NCBI RefSeq assembly: GCF_000014265.1
Contig: NC_008312.1
Coordinates: 2,100,001-2,132,000, forward strand
Direction of reading: 5' to 3'
DNA length: 32,000 nucleotides
Origin: Trichodesmium erythraeum IMS101
GTDB taxonomy: Bacteria > Cyanobacteriota > Cyanobacteriia > Cyanobacteriales > Microcoleaceae
Part shown: piece after piece, positions 1 through 10,589 of the stretch
How positions within the stretch are numbered: position 1 is the first letter of the stretch
Layout of the letters: each line of letters starts with the position of its first letter
Notes under the pieces: generated by a model
Databases searched by the model: none
Told to the model about the DNA's origin: nothing
What the model saw: only the letters and a program-made list of their open reading frames with translations
Position numbers and translations under genes: made by a program

Positions 1-564
1 CCATTGTTCGTCAAGAAAGGGAAAATGACTACCGTGAGCTTCATCTACTGCTAGAGCTATCCCATGCTTCTGACAATAATTAGCGATGGTGGCAAGCTCG
101 ATAGTTACCCCTTCATAACTTGGATGAGTTAGTAACAGTGCTGATACGCCACTCGTTTCTAAAGCCGTAATTACCTCATCAGTAGTAGGCATCAGCGACT
201 CAGAATCAATAAAATAAGGCTCTAATCCTGCTAAGATGATGCCGTTTATAGTGGAAATATGACTATTGAGGGCGATCGCCACTTTTTTATACTGAGTACC
301 TAGTAAAGCACAAGTGGTTAAAACTCCTTGACTACCTCCTGCTGTGAGCCAGAAAGTATGTTTTGTACCATACAGCTTAGAGAAATGCTTCTCTATATTT
401 TCAGTACGAGGACGAGTCAGAAATGGTGCATCATATTGGTAAATTTCTGCACTCAGACGATGACCATTACTTTTAATACCTTGATGAGCAGGAGTATAGA
501 GGCTAATCTGAATATCCTGATTGTGGGATGCAATCAGCTTATAGGTAGAAGATACTTGATTCAT
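1..564 (-). CDS. PLP-dependent Orn/Lys/Arg decarboxylase-family protein, N-terminal part (gene runs off the window start)
   Basis: Minus-strand frame is open from the ATG at 562-564 to the window edge, so it is absent from the ORF track. My translation is MNQVSSTYKLIASHNQDIQISLYTPAHQGIKSNG...HTFWLTAGGSQGVLTTCALL...LLLTHPSYEGVTIELATIANYCQKHGIALAVDEAHGSHFPF. It resembles fold-type I OKR_DC_1-type decarboxylases (TPxHxG, GGSxG, DEAHG). It starts 5 nt after the stop of the upstream DUF3326 frame, which is operon-like. Confidence 0.7.
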   Translation of the reverse strand, partial: MNQVSSTYKLIASHNQDIQISLYTPAHQGIKSNGHRLSAEIYQYDAPFLTRPRTENIEKHFSKLYGTKHTFWLTAGGSQGVLTTCALLGTQYKKVAIALNSHISTINGIILAGLEPYFIDSESLMPTTDEVITALETSGVSALLLTHPSYEGVTIELATIANYCQKHGIALAVDEAHGSHFPFLDEQW

Positions 565-568
565 CAAT

Positions 569-1636
569 TTACAGCAAAATTGGCTTAAGTTGTGGTATGG
601 GGCGAATTGTACTTTCTATCGTAATCCCATTCCGTAAAGCTAACAGTAATCCTGTCGCTTCCATATAGCTATTTACACGATATATTTTATGCCCCTGAGT
701 TTCAATTTGTAATTTTTCAGGAGTAATATCGTAATTCGTAGTATTATCTTTCACTAAGATTATAGGAACCCCTTGGTCTAAAGACGCTAAGAAAGGTATA
801 TTTCCTACAGTTGTTTCTGGCATTACCACTGCGGAAATATTTTCAACAGATATCCTAGTTTCACCTGCTGCTAAAGGAGTATCAAATTTTACCGGGCGAG
901 GAGAATTGATTAAACCATTTAGAGGAGAACAAACATAAGCACTGGAAATTAATTCGGCTCCATCCCTAGGATCTACTAATTTACCAAATCCTGTATGTTC
1001 CCACTCCAATAACAAGGGAGCATGGGCAGCAGTAAAAGGATAGAAATTAGTAGTCATGTGGGTCAGAATTGCTTCTGCACCACCCCAGGGATTGGCAATA
1101 GATTCTCCTCGGTATTAAGCTTGACGTACTTTGTCATCTACTTGCAAAGTGGTCATTAAAGCTACTGCCCTAACATCAGATTTTTCCACTACATCCAAAG
1201 CCTTCATCAACTCGTCCATCCCTTTAAATTCCCCGGAAGCATTTCCATACTGGGAATAGGTACATTCAGTTTCAACAGGACCACCTGTTACCACTACAGG
1301 GTCAATATTAATACCTCCTACAGCACGCAAGCCATTGAGAGCATTCAGAACATTATTTAAAAATCTTTCATCTTTGGGCTTTTCGATAATTGCTGCAATA
1401 TTTTTGCGCTTTTCTGGAATTACCCCAATATTGCCCAGGAGCAACTGACAGATTAAATTACCTTCTAGGTACAGAACATTATCCTGAGCGAAATAGATAT
1501 CTGATGCTGTAACTGCATTGGGATTAGTGATTAGATAGTCACAAGCAGTTGCTAAAAGATTAGTACTAGGAGTAGCATCTCCGGCAAAACCTCCTATTTC
1601 AGCTCTTACTCCTGTAGGAATAATACTAACTGCCAC
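569..1636 (-). pseudogene. DUF3326-family protein gene split by a single in-frame TAA
   Basis: ORF-track ORFs 1115..1636 and 569..1057 share one frame. The 57 nt between them (1058-1114) read YRGESIANPWGGAEAILTH without stops, so one TAA at 1115-1117 splits a frame of about 355 codons. IPTGVRAEIGGFAGDA near the N-terminus and GGAEAILTH...FTAAHAP across the break match my memory of the DUF3326 (PF11805) signatures. GTG start at 1634-1636. Confidence 0.65.
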
Positions 1637-2235
1637 AAAAGGTTGGTTAGAAACCCGTTGACGAATATTAATGTCTAGTAATGATGGCTAAACCGGCTTT
1701 CTCTCAGTATCAATGAAACTTGATTCAAAAGTGAGAGTATCATCTTCAACTTTCGTTAAAATCAAGCGAATAGGAATACTAGGCAAGGCAAGGGCTCTAA
1801 TTTTCTGGGGAATTTTCTGGGAAATTTTTCTCCATGTGCGCTGTTCTGGAGGGCATTGAATGTCAAAGTTTTTGGTATATATTTGAGGTATGAAAAACTA
1901 TTTAGATATATATTTCTTAAGTACATTAATTTAAATTCCTTATTTTTGTATACTTCTTAAAGTTAGATTTATATTTAAGTAGGTAGGCAAAAATAGTTGT
2001 AAAATAGGGTAGTAGAGTACGAGGAGGAATATTTAGATTTTGCCTGCCTACTTAACTATGATATTTATGATATTAATGCATAGTAATTAATATAACTTGA
2101 ATCCTATCTTCTTAATTGGTATTTTTTAATAAATATTAAATCAAATGAAATATTTAGGACTTAACAATTGACAATGACACAATTAAAAAAATGACAAAAT
2201 TTAAGTGGGTACTTTAGTATATATTCATCCTAACT

Positions 2236-4170
2236 ATGACACAAATAGCACCATTAGGTTCTTGGAACTCTCCCATAACTACTGACTTAATTCTATCCGG
2301 GGCAATTGGACTTAGTAGTATCACCATTGATGGTAATAATGTTTACTGGATTGAAGGACGACCTTCAGAGGGTGGACGAAATGTAATTGTGCGCTATACT
2401 CCAGATGGAAAGACAACTGATATTACTCCTTCACCTTTTAATGTACGCACCCGCGTCCATGAATACGGCGGTGGATCCTTCTTAGTGGCAGATGATACGA
2501 TATATTTTTCTAATTTCAAGGACCAACGTCTTTATCGCCAAACACCAGGTACAGAACCTCAACCTTTAACCCCATCAGCAGACCTACGTTATGCTGATGC
2601 AGTAATAGATAAACAGCGCGATCGCCTAATTTGTGTTCAAGAAGATCATACAAAGGATGGGGAGCCTACTAATAGGATAGTTAGCATTAACCTCAAAAAT
2701 GGAGAAGATATCCAGGTATTAGCAGAGGGTTATGATTTTTATGCCTCACCACGTTTAAGTCCTGATGGTTCCACGCTTTGCTGGATTAGTTGGAATCATC
2801 CAAATATGCCTTGGGATGGTACAGAGTTATGGGTGGCTCAGGTGAATACAGATGGTTTATTAGATGAAAATAAGTTCGTGGCTGGAGGAAAAGAAGAATC
2901 AATTTTTCAACCCCAGTGGTCACCAGATGGAATGTTATGTTTTGTGAGCGATCGCTCTTTATGGTGGAATATTTATCAAGTTTCAGGAATTACTGACAAG
3001 GTAAATTTAGATATATTGTATTCTTTAAATGCTGAGTTTGGAGTGCCACAATGGTTATTTGGAATGTCTACTTATACATTTACAGAAGCTAACAAAATCC
3101 TCTGCACTTTTTCTCAAAATGGAATTTGTAATTTGGCAACTATTGATACTACTAAAAAACATCTACAGAAAATAGAAATACCATTCACTTCTATTAGTTA
3201 TTTAACAGCAAAAAATAACAAAGTTTGTTTTTTGGGAAGTTCCCCCACAGAAGCTAGTTCAATTATACAAATAAATCTATCTACAGGTGATATTAATATT
3301 TTAAAACGTTCTACAGATTTAAAAATTGATTCTGGTTATTTATCTATTCCTAAAACAATAGAATTTCCTACAGAAAATGGTAAGACTGCTTATGGTTTAT
3401 TTTACCCGCCGACTAACAAAGATTACACAGAACCTTTAGGAGAAAAACCACCTCTTTTAGTTAAAAGTCATGGTGGTCCAACAGCAGCAACTTCTGGTAG
3501 TTTAAGCTTAAAAATTCAATATTGGACAAGTCGTGGTTTTGCTTTACTTGATGTTAATTATGGAGGTAGTACTGGATATGGAAGAGAGTATCGGCAAAGA
3601 CTCAAAAATAGTTGGGGTATTGTTGATGTTGATGATTGTGTAAATGGAGCTCAATATTTAGCTAAACAGGGATTAGTAGATAGTAATCGCATGGCTATTT
3701 CTGGTGGTAGTGCTGGAGGTTATACTACTTTATGTGCCTTAACTTTTAAGGATGTATTTAAAGCAGGAGCAAGTTATTATGGAGTTAGTGATTTAGAGGC
3801 TTTAGCAACAGATACTCATAAGTTTGAATCCCGTTATTTAGATGGATTAATAGGACCTTATCCTGAGAAAAAAGAGATTTATAAACAGCGATCGCCAATT
3901 AATTTTACTGAGAGTTTGTCTTGCCCTGTAATTTTTTTCCAAGGATTAGAAGATAAAATTGTACCACCAAATCAAGCAGAGAAAATGGTAGAAGTTTTAC
4001 AGAAAAAAGGATTGCCAGTGGCTTATGTTGCTTTTGAAGGAGAACAACATGGTTTTCGTAGTTCCGAGAATATTAAACGTGCTTTGGATGGAGAATTTTA
4101 CTTTTACTCTCGTGTATTTGGATTTACACCTGCTGATAATTTAGAGGAGCTAGAAATTATGAATCTTTAG
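2236..4170 (+). CDS. S9-family serine peptidase (prolyl oligopeptidase / acylaminoacyl-peptidase type)
   Basis: 644-aa ORF. A long N-terminal propeller-like region is followed by an alpha/beta-hydrolase domain with nucleophile elbow GGSAGGY, an acid residue in QGLEDKIVPP and a His in EGEQHGF. Confidence 0.9.
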   Translation: MTQIAPLGSWNSPITTDLILSGAIGLSSITIDGNNVYWIEGRPSEGGRNVIVRYTPDGKTTDITPSPFNVRTRVHEYGGGSFLVADDTIYFSNFKDQRLYRQTPGTEPQPLTPSADLRYADAVIDKQRDRLICVQEDHTKDGEPTNRIVSINLKNGEDIQVLAEGYDFYASPRLSPDGSTLCWISWNHPNMPWDGTELWVAQVNTDGLLDENKFVAGGKEESIFQPQWSPDGMLCFVSDRSLWWNIYQVSGITDKVNLDILYSLNAEFGVPQWLFGMSTYTFTEANKILCTFSQNGICNLATIDTTKKHLQKIEIPFTSISYLTAKNNKVCFLGSSPTEASSIIQINLSTGDINILKRSTDLKIDSGYLSIPKTIEFPTENGKTAYGLFYPPTNKDYTEPLGEKPPLLVKSHGGPTAATSGSLSLKIQYWTSRGFALLDVNYGGSTGYGREYRQRLKNSWGIVDVDDCVNGAQYLAKQGLVDSNRMAISGGSAGGYTTLCALTFKDVFKAGASYYGVSDLEALATDTHKFESRYLDGLIGPYPEKKEIYKQRSPINFTESLSCPVIFFQGLEDKIVPPNQAEKMVEVLQKKGLPVAYVAFEGEQHGFRSSENIKRALDGEFYFYSRVFGFTPADNLEELEIMNL

Positions 4171-4827
4171 ATTTTTAGGCTGGTGGAATAGTTGAAAATC
4201 TTTTTTCTTTGATTAGTCAATAAATTTTCAAGAGTTAGGAAAAATTATTGATATATTTACCTTTATTTATATTGGAATTTTTGAGTAGTTATTCGGGGTA
4301 AATTAATAATTTTGTCGACAAATATACTAAAGTTTTGTGGGGCTTGAATTTTCTATAACTAACTACAAGCCTCTTGACCAGCTTTCTATCAAAGACGGAG
4401 TTACCAGCTACTTTGGGTAAAATGTTCAATGTATCGTTCAAATCTTTATTATATTTGATATCTTGAAATAATTTGAATAAACTACTTTTGACTAGTTTAC
4501 TCACATAGATATCATTTTTTTCTATAGATTTCTAAGAAAGAAAAAAATACTTTTCTAGTTGAACTATCCTCGGTTATGGTCACCTTGAACCTATGTAAAA
4601 TGTTGTCAAGTTCTATTTCTTAATAGTATTAATACACAGGGCAAACTCATATAAAATTTCTGACTACTATAGTTAGTTTTTTAAAATTAAATAAACACTA
4701 TATTGGAAAAGTCTATTGTTAACAAGTACAATAAACCATGATTTATTGATAATTACAACCGGTTTATTAACAATGTATATTTGCCCTGCATAAATGCATT
4801 TATCTATTGTAAAATTATGTTTTTTTT

Positions 4828-6021
4828 ATGTTCCAAAAATTTCTCTTAATAACAGTAATTTCTAACTTCATAATATGGATATACTTATTAATATTTCGCG
4901 GTAATTTTTGGCTGGCAAACCAACAACTATTATCAAAATCAAAAACAAAAATTGAGAATACGGAAAATTTGCCATCAATTTATGTGATAATTCCTGCTAG
5001 AAATGAAGAAAAATTACTAAAAATTACCCTAAATTCTTTATTAAATCAAGATTATTCAGGGATATTAAAAATAATATTAGTAGATGATCACAGTAAAGAT
5101 AATACAATCAATATAGCGAATTCTTTGGCTCAACAAGGTCATAATTCTACAAAGCTAGAAGTTATTTCAGCAGCAGATTTACCTAGTAATTGGACAGGAA
5201 AACTATGGGCAATTAATGAAGGAATTAACTATGCAAAAAAACAAACTCCAGCCCCAGATTATTTTCTATTAACAGATGCAGATATTGAACATTTCCCTAC
5301 TAATATTCGCCAACTTGTTGTCAAAGCAGAACAAGAAAATTTAGCCTTAGTTTCTTTAATGGTAAAACTACAATGCGAAACAATAGCCGAGAAATTAATG
5401 ATTCCCGCATTTGTATTTTTCTTTCAAAAGTTATATCCATTTAAATGGGTAAATAATCCCCAAAATACTACTGCAGCTGCTGCTGGAGGTTGCATATTAG
5501 TTCGTCATAAAAATTTAGATCAAGTTGGAGGAATAGAGGTTATTAAAAATGCTTTAATAGATGATTGTAATTTAGCTAAAATAGTTAAACAAAAATCCAC
5601 AAATAAAAATATCTGGTTAGGGCTAACTAATGATACGAAAAGCCGACGTTCTTATCCTGATTTAATGAGTATTTGGAATATGGTAGCTCGTACTGCTTTT
5701 ACTCAGTTAAATTATTCTCCATTCTTGTTATTAGTAACAGTAATAGGAATGAAATTAGTTTATTTAATTCCCTCATTAGGAATAATTTTGGGAGTTATTT
5801 TTGGTTGGTGGCCAGTAGTAGTGATCGCGATCTTAGCAAGATTATTAATATTTTTAGCTTACTTACCTATTATTAGATTTTATGGACTTTCACCAATATA
5901 TGCCATGAGCTTACCCACTGTTGCTTTGATTTATATATTAATCACAATAGATTCAGCTTGGCGACACTGGCGAGGGCGAGGCGGTTATTGGAAAGGACGA
6001 GTTAATACCAGTATATTCTGA
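4828..6021 (+). CDS. Family 2 glycosyltransferase, membrane-anchored (hopene-associated HpnB-like)
   Basis: 397-aa ORF with an N-terminal TM helix. GT2 core motifs are IIPARNEE, LLNQDY, LVDDHSKDNT, WTGKLWA and LTDADIEH. PAFVFFFQKLYPFKWVN..AAAAGGCILVR and C-terminal TM helices follow. The HpnB resemblance is from memory only. Confidence 0.85.
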   Translation: MFQKFLLITVISNFIIWIYLLIFRGNFWLANQQLLSKSKTKIENTENLPSIYVIIPARNEEKLLKITLNSLLNQDYSGILKIILVDDHSKDNTINIANSLAQQGHNSTKLEVISAADLPSNWTGKLWAINEGINYAKKQTPAPDYFLLTDADIEHFPTNIRQLVVKAEQENLALVSLMVKLQCETIAEKLMIPAFVFFFQKLYPFKWVNNPQNTTAAAAGGCILVRHKNLDQVGGIEVIKNALIDDCNLAKIVKQKSTNKNIWLGLTNDTKSRRSYPDLMSIWNMVARTAFTQLNYSPFLLLVTVIGMKLVYLIPSLGIILGVIFGWWPVVVIAILARLLIFLAYLPIIRFYGLSPIYAMSLPTVALIYILITIDSAWRHWRGRGGYWKGRVNTSIF

Positions 6022-6258
6022 ATAAATTCTATTAAATATAGTGGTATAGGTATAAATAAATTTTAGCAACTAAGTTTATATTATAAAGTCTACTATACTG
6101 ACATTGGTCCTTAATGAAAAGCTTCAGCGGTTAGGCAAAAGAGAGTTTGAATTCGGTTATTTAGGGAACTAATTATACACCAAAAGTGACTCTTATAATC
6201 TAATTCCACTATAATCATTTAGGCTTGATAAGTATAACTATATTAGTATATATAAACT

Positions 6259-9200
6259 TATAGTCATTTTAAATAAGAATTAGACACTCTTTGGCACAAT
6301 AATTACGAATAATTTCATCAAGAGATATGTTGATAGGTGAATACATTCTATCTCTTTATTAATGCATTAAAATCATGTTCTTTGCCATTTAAATGAAGAG
6401 AGTATTTTGGCAAAAATAATAATTGATGATCTCCTGCTTCTACTAATTCTCTAATAACCTTTTTTCTATGAATTGGTTAATTCTCTATAATTAGTACACT
6501 GGGAATTTTTAATGATGGCAATAAATATTCATTTAACTATTGTTTATATCCCACGGCATTTAGGCTGACTTTAAATATAATTGGTACCATTAAATCTTTT
6601 TCTTTTTTTATTCTTCAGGCTACTAAATTTTCTATTTTTCCTCGTTCTTTTTCTGGCTCACTATCAACTTTTTTCATTTTTTTTAACCAGGCATAAATAC
6701 AGTCTTGATTATCTTCAAATTCTAGTTTATAAATCAAGACAAGGCTTTTACTTCCAATTTTTTGATACAATTTCGTAGTTTCTGATAATATTTTATTCTT
6801 TCTTCTCTATTTATTTCTCTATAACGAAGTTGTTTTTTTTGAAGGAAATTTAATTTTTTTAAAACCATAAAATATAGGTGTAGGATTAACTACAAATTTT
6901 TTAGATATGTCTGCTAATGAGCTATTATTTATTTGGTTTTATATCTTTTTCTAATTCTTTCCCATCTAATTTTATTTGACGACTTTTACCTTAGTAGCTT
7001 CCAAATTTGGGGGAGATAACCATCTATATATCGAAGCTATTCCTATCCCAAATATATGAGCTACTTCAGTAAGCAACCAACATTTTCTACAAAATTTATT
7101 ACTGTTTTTCTTAAGTCTAAACTGTAAGACATGATTAAAATTTGGTTTTATATCTTTTTCTAATTCTTTCCCATCTAATTTTATTTGACGACTTTTACCT
7201 TAGTAGCTTCCAAATTTGGGGGAGATAACCATCTATATATCGAAGCTATTCCTATCCCAAATATATGAGCTACTTCAGTAAGCAACCAACATTTTCTACA
7301 AAATTTATTACTGTTTTTCTTAAGTCTAAACTGTAAGACATGATTAAAATTTGGTTTTATATCTTTTTCTAATTCTTTCCCATCTAATTTTATTTGACGA
7401 CTTTTACCTTAGTAGCTTCCAAATTTGGGGGAGATAACCATCTATATATCGAAGCTATTCCTATCCCAAATATATGAGCTACTTCAGTAAGCAACCAACA
7501 TTTTCTACAAAATTTATTACTGTTTTTCTTAAGTCTAAACTGTAAGACATGATTAAAATTTGGTTTTATATCTTTTTCTAATTCTTTCCCATCTAATTTT
7601 ATTTGACGACTTTTACCTTAGTAACTTCCAAATTTGAGGGAGATAACCATCTATATATCGAAGCTATTCCTATCCCAAATATATGAGCTACTTCAGTAAG
7701 CAACCAACATTTTCTACAAAATTTATTACTGTTTTTTTTAAGTCTAAACTGTAAGACATGATTAAAATTTGGTTTTATATCTTTTTCTAATTCTTTCCCA
7801 TCTAATTTTATTTGACGACTTTTACCTTAGTAGCTTCCAAATTTGGGGGAGATAACCATCTATATATCGAAGGTATTCCTATCCCAAATATATGAGCTAC
7901 TTCAGTCAGCAACCAACATTTTCTACAAAATTTATTACTGTTTTTCTTAAGTCTAAACTGTAAGAGATGATTAAAATTTGGTTTTATATCTTTTTATAAT
8001 TCTTTCCCATCTAATTTTATTTGACGACTTTTACCTTAGTAGCTTCCAAATTTGGGGGAGATAACCATCTATATATCGAAGCTATTCCTATCCCAAATAT
8101 ATGAGCTACTTCAGTAAGCAACCAACATTTTCTACAAAATTTATTACTGTTTTTCTTAAGTCTAAACTGTAAGACATGATTAAAATTTGGTTTTATATCT
8201 TTTTCTAATTCTTTCCCATCTAATTTTATTTGACGACTTTTACCTTAGTAACTTCCAAATTTGAGGGAGATAACCATCTATATATCGAAGCTATTCCTAT
8301 CCCAAATATATGAGCTACTTCAGTAAGCAACCAACATTTTCTACAAAATTTATTACTGTTTTTCTTAAGTCTAAACTGTAAAAGATGATTAAAATTTGGT
8401 TTTATATCTTTTTCTAATTCTTTCCCATCTAATTTTATTTGACGACTTTTACCTTAGTAACTTCCAAATTTGGGGGAGATAACCATCTATATATCGAAGG
8501 TATTCCTATCCCAAATATATGAGCTACTTCAGTAAGCAACCAACATTTTCTACAAAATTTATTACTGTTTTTCTTAAGTCTAAACTGTAAGAGATGATTA
8601 AAATTTGGTTTTATATCTTTTTCTAATTCTTTCCCATCTAATTTTATTTGACGACTTTTACCTTAGTAACTTCCAAATTTGGGGGAGATAACCATCTATA
8701 TATCGAAGGTATTCCTATCCCAAATATATGAGCTACTTCAGTAAGCAACCAACATTTTCTACAAAATTTATTACTGTTTTTTTTAAGTCTAAACTGTAAG
8801 ACATGATTAAAATTTGGTTTTATATCTTTTTCTAATTCTTTCCCATCTAATTTTATTTGACAACTTTTACCTTAGTAACTTCCAAATTTGGGGGAGATAA
8901 CCATCTATATATCGAAGCTATTCCTATCCCAAATATATGAGCTGCTTCAGTAAGCAACCAACATTTTCTACAAAATTTATTACTGTTTTTCTTAAGTCTA
9001 AACTGTAAGACATGATTAAAATTTGGTTTTATATCTTTTTCTAATTCTTTCCCATCTAATTTTATTTGACGACTTTTACCTTAGTAACTTCCAAATTTGG
9101 GGGAGATAACCATCTATATATCGAAGCTATTCCTATCCCAAATATATGAGCTACTTCAGTAAGCAACCAACATTTTCTACAAAATTTATTACTGTTTTTC

Positions 9201-9506
9201 TTAAGTCTAAACTGTAAGAGATGATTAAAATTTGGTTTTATATCTTTTTCTAATTCTTTCCCATCTAATTTTATTTGACAACTTTTACCTTAGTAGCTTC
9301 CAAATTTGGGGGATATAACCATCTATATATTGAAGCTATTCCTATCCCAAATATATGAGCTACTTCAGTAAGCAACCAACATTTTCTACAAAATTTATTA
9401 CTGTTTTTCTTAAGTCTAAACTGTAAGGCATGATTAAAAATAGTTTCTAGTTTACTTGATTTTATTCTACTCAATTTTTGTCTCAATCTTAATTAAAACG
9501 ACTATA
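6259..9506 (-). mobile_element. Degenerate IS630-family element, copy A, carrying an internal 209-bp tandem array
   Basis: Imperfect 20-bp terminal inverted repeats TATAGTCATTTTAAATAAGA (6259-6278) and TCTTAATTAAAACGACTATA (9487-9506), with TA at both ends. It is collinear with the 955-bp sister copy at 24131-25085. The minus-strand reading is a stop-riddled IS630-type transposase; the N-terminal fragment is ORF 9271..9486 (...EVAHIFGIGIASIYRWL...). Without the 11 extra repeat units the element would be about 949 bp. Confidence 0.8.
6932..9439. repeat. Tandem repeat, 12 units of 209 bp (5' end of the IS630-type transposase gene)
   Basis: TTTGGTTTTATATC recurs at 6932, 7141, 7350, 7559, 7768, 7977, 8186, 8395, 8604, 8813, 9022 and 9231, a constant 209-bp period. 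Units differ at only a few positions. There is no ORF of 60 aa or more inside the array except the terminal one. Confidence 0.97.
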
Positions 9507-9630
9507 TATCAATAAATTAAGCTCAAATAAGTAATAGTTAAATAGCCCTATTTCCTATTGTAATTTTCACAGTAGAGAAACCTGATCTGAAGTAAAAAAA
9601 TCATTCCTTATACTTACCAAAAAACTAGTT

Positions 9631-10060
9631 TTAAAGCCTCCGCCTTTGAGGATAACTTTTGATTTTGAATATACTTTTTCAGAAGTTTCAAGCGGCACAC
9701 CTCCAACCGAAGCTACAAAATATGATGGGCTTCAAAGCGACGTTTTGTGAGGTTTTCTATATCCTGCTGCTCCATATAATCTACTGAAAAAACCTTTAAG
9801 ATAACTGACTATTTGAGATTAAGACAATTTGGGTGGATATTCAATAAATCCATAAATTTAATCTGTTTTTTTATTAAACCCCAATATCTTAAAGTTCATC
9901 TTTCTAGCTACCATCTCAAAGGAATTTTTAATTAATTCTAAGCCTTCAGCGGCCAATACACTTATCAATTATTAATTAATAACACAGACTAAATGTACTT
10001 TCAAATCTAAGACACTATGTCTTTCACGTTTTAACACAGATGCATGCCAAGAATGACTAT
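9631..10060 (-). pseudogene. tnpA: IS200/IS605 TnpA (Y1 transposase) remnant
   Basis: Minus-strand reading gives LKRERHSVLDLKVHLVCVIN* near 10040-9975 (cf. the HSV..L..HLVFV.KYR motif). Further on it gives IEYPPKLS, SYLKGFFSRL and YFVASVGGVPLETSEKVYSKSK (cf. GYFv.SvG...e.i..YI..Q). Several stops and frame changes interrupt it. Confidence 0.55.
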
Positions 10061-10589
10061 GTTATAATTATAAATTATATGCCAAAAATAAATAAAAGAT
10101 GAGAGCTAAATACAGGTACAGAATATACCCAACTAAATATCAGCTAACCAAGTTATCGTAATTATTTGGTTGTGTTTGCGTAGTCTAGAATGATAGTTTA
10201 GCCTATTGCGTAGAACAGCATAAAAAAGGCCAGAAAAAGCCTAGTAATTCTGAACTGCAAAAAGTATTGATTACCAAAGCTAAAAAGATTAAAGATAGAG
10301 AATGACTAAAGGAAGTTTCTAGTATTCCATTGCAGCAATCATTGAATGACTTAAATACAGCCTATCAAAACTTTTTCAATAGTTGTAAAAGTCATAGGAA
10401 AGGGAAGTCTATGAGACCTCCTAAGTTTAAGTAAAAAAAGTCTAGGCAAACTGCTGGATTGACAAAAGGAGGATTTAAAGTTAGTTAAGATAAAATTTAT
10501 TTAGCTAAAATAGGTAAGCTGAAAGTAGTTTGGTCAAGAAAACTGCCGAGTTTACCTAGCTCAGTAACAATAATCAAAGACTCAGGTAA

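Noticed and set aside
328-588. 86-aa plus-strand ORF
   Set aside because: It lies antisense within the much better supported decarboxylase-family frame on the minus strand, and its composition is odd (Cys/Thr-rich, no recognisable motif).
1688-1870. Roughly 60-codon open frame on the minus strand upstream of the DUF3326 gene (...DIQCPPEQRTWRKISQKIPQKIRALALPSIPIRLILTKVEDDTLTFESSFIDTERKPV*), including a 12-nt tandem duplication (ATTTTCTGGGGA/ATTTTCTGGGAA, about 1802-1825)
   Set aside because: There is no ATG or GTG start in the frame, it falls below the ORF-track threshold, and I could not recognise the sequence. It may be a gene remnant but is not supportable as a feature.
4289-4504. 71-aa minus-strand ORF in the peptidase-glycosyltransferase spacer
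   Set aside because: It has a GTG start, no recognisable ribosome-binding context or motif, and low-complexity Lys/Leu-rich sequence in AT-rich DNA. It is probably a chance ORF.
4635-4790. Inverted repeats upstream of the glycosyltransferase gene (CAGGGCAAA / TTTGCCCTG, ATTGTTAA / TTAACAAT, AATAAACC / GGTTTATT) as a possible riboswitch or MITE
   Set aside because: The arms are not collinear; the left partners are spread over about 100 nt and the right ones over 28 nt. No consistent long hairpin forms, and such short A/T-rich matches are expected by chance.
5673-5876. 67-aa alternative-frame ORF inside the glycosyltransferase gene
   Set aside because: It is fully contained in a strongly supported 397-aa ORF on the same strand and has no motif.
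6581-6778. 65-aa Phe/Leu-rich ORF
   Set aside because: It lies antisense to the decayed DDE part of IS630 copy A and is a low-complexity translation of a T-rich strand.
6932-9439. Possible CRISPR array, because of the regular repeat pattern
   Set aside because: The 209-bp units are contiguous with no unique spacers between them. The period is far longer than a CRISPR repeat-spacer unit, the sequence is homologous to a transposase gene 5' end, and no cas genes are present.
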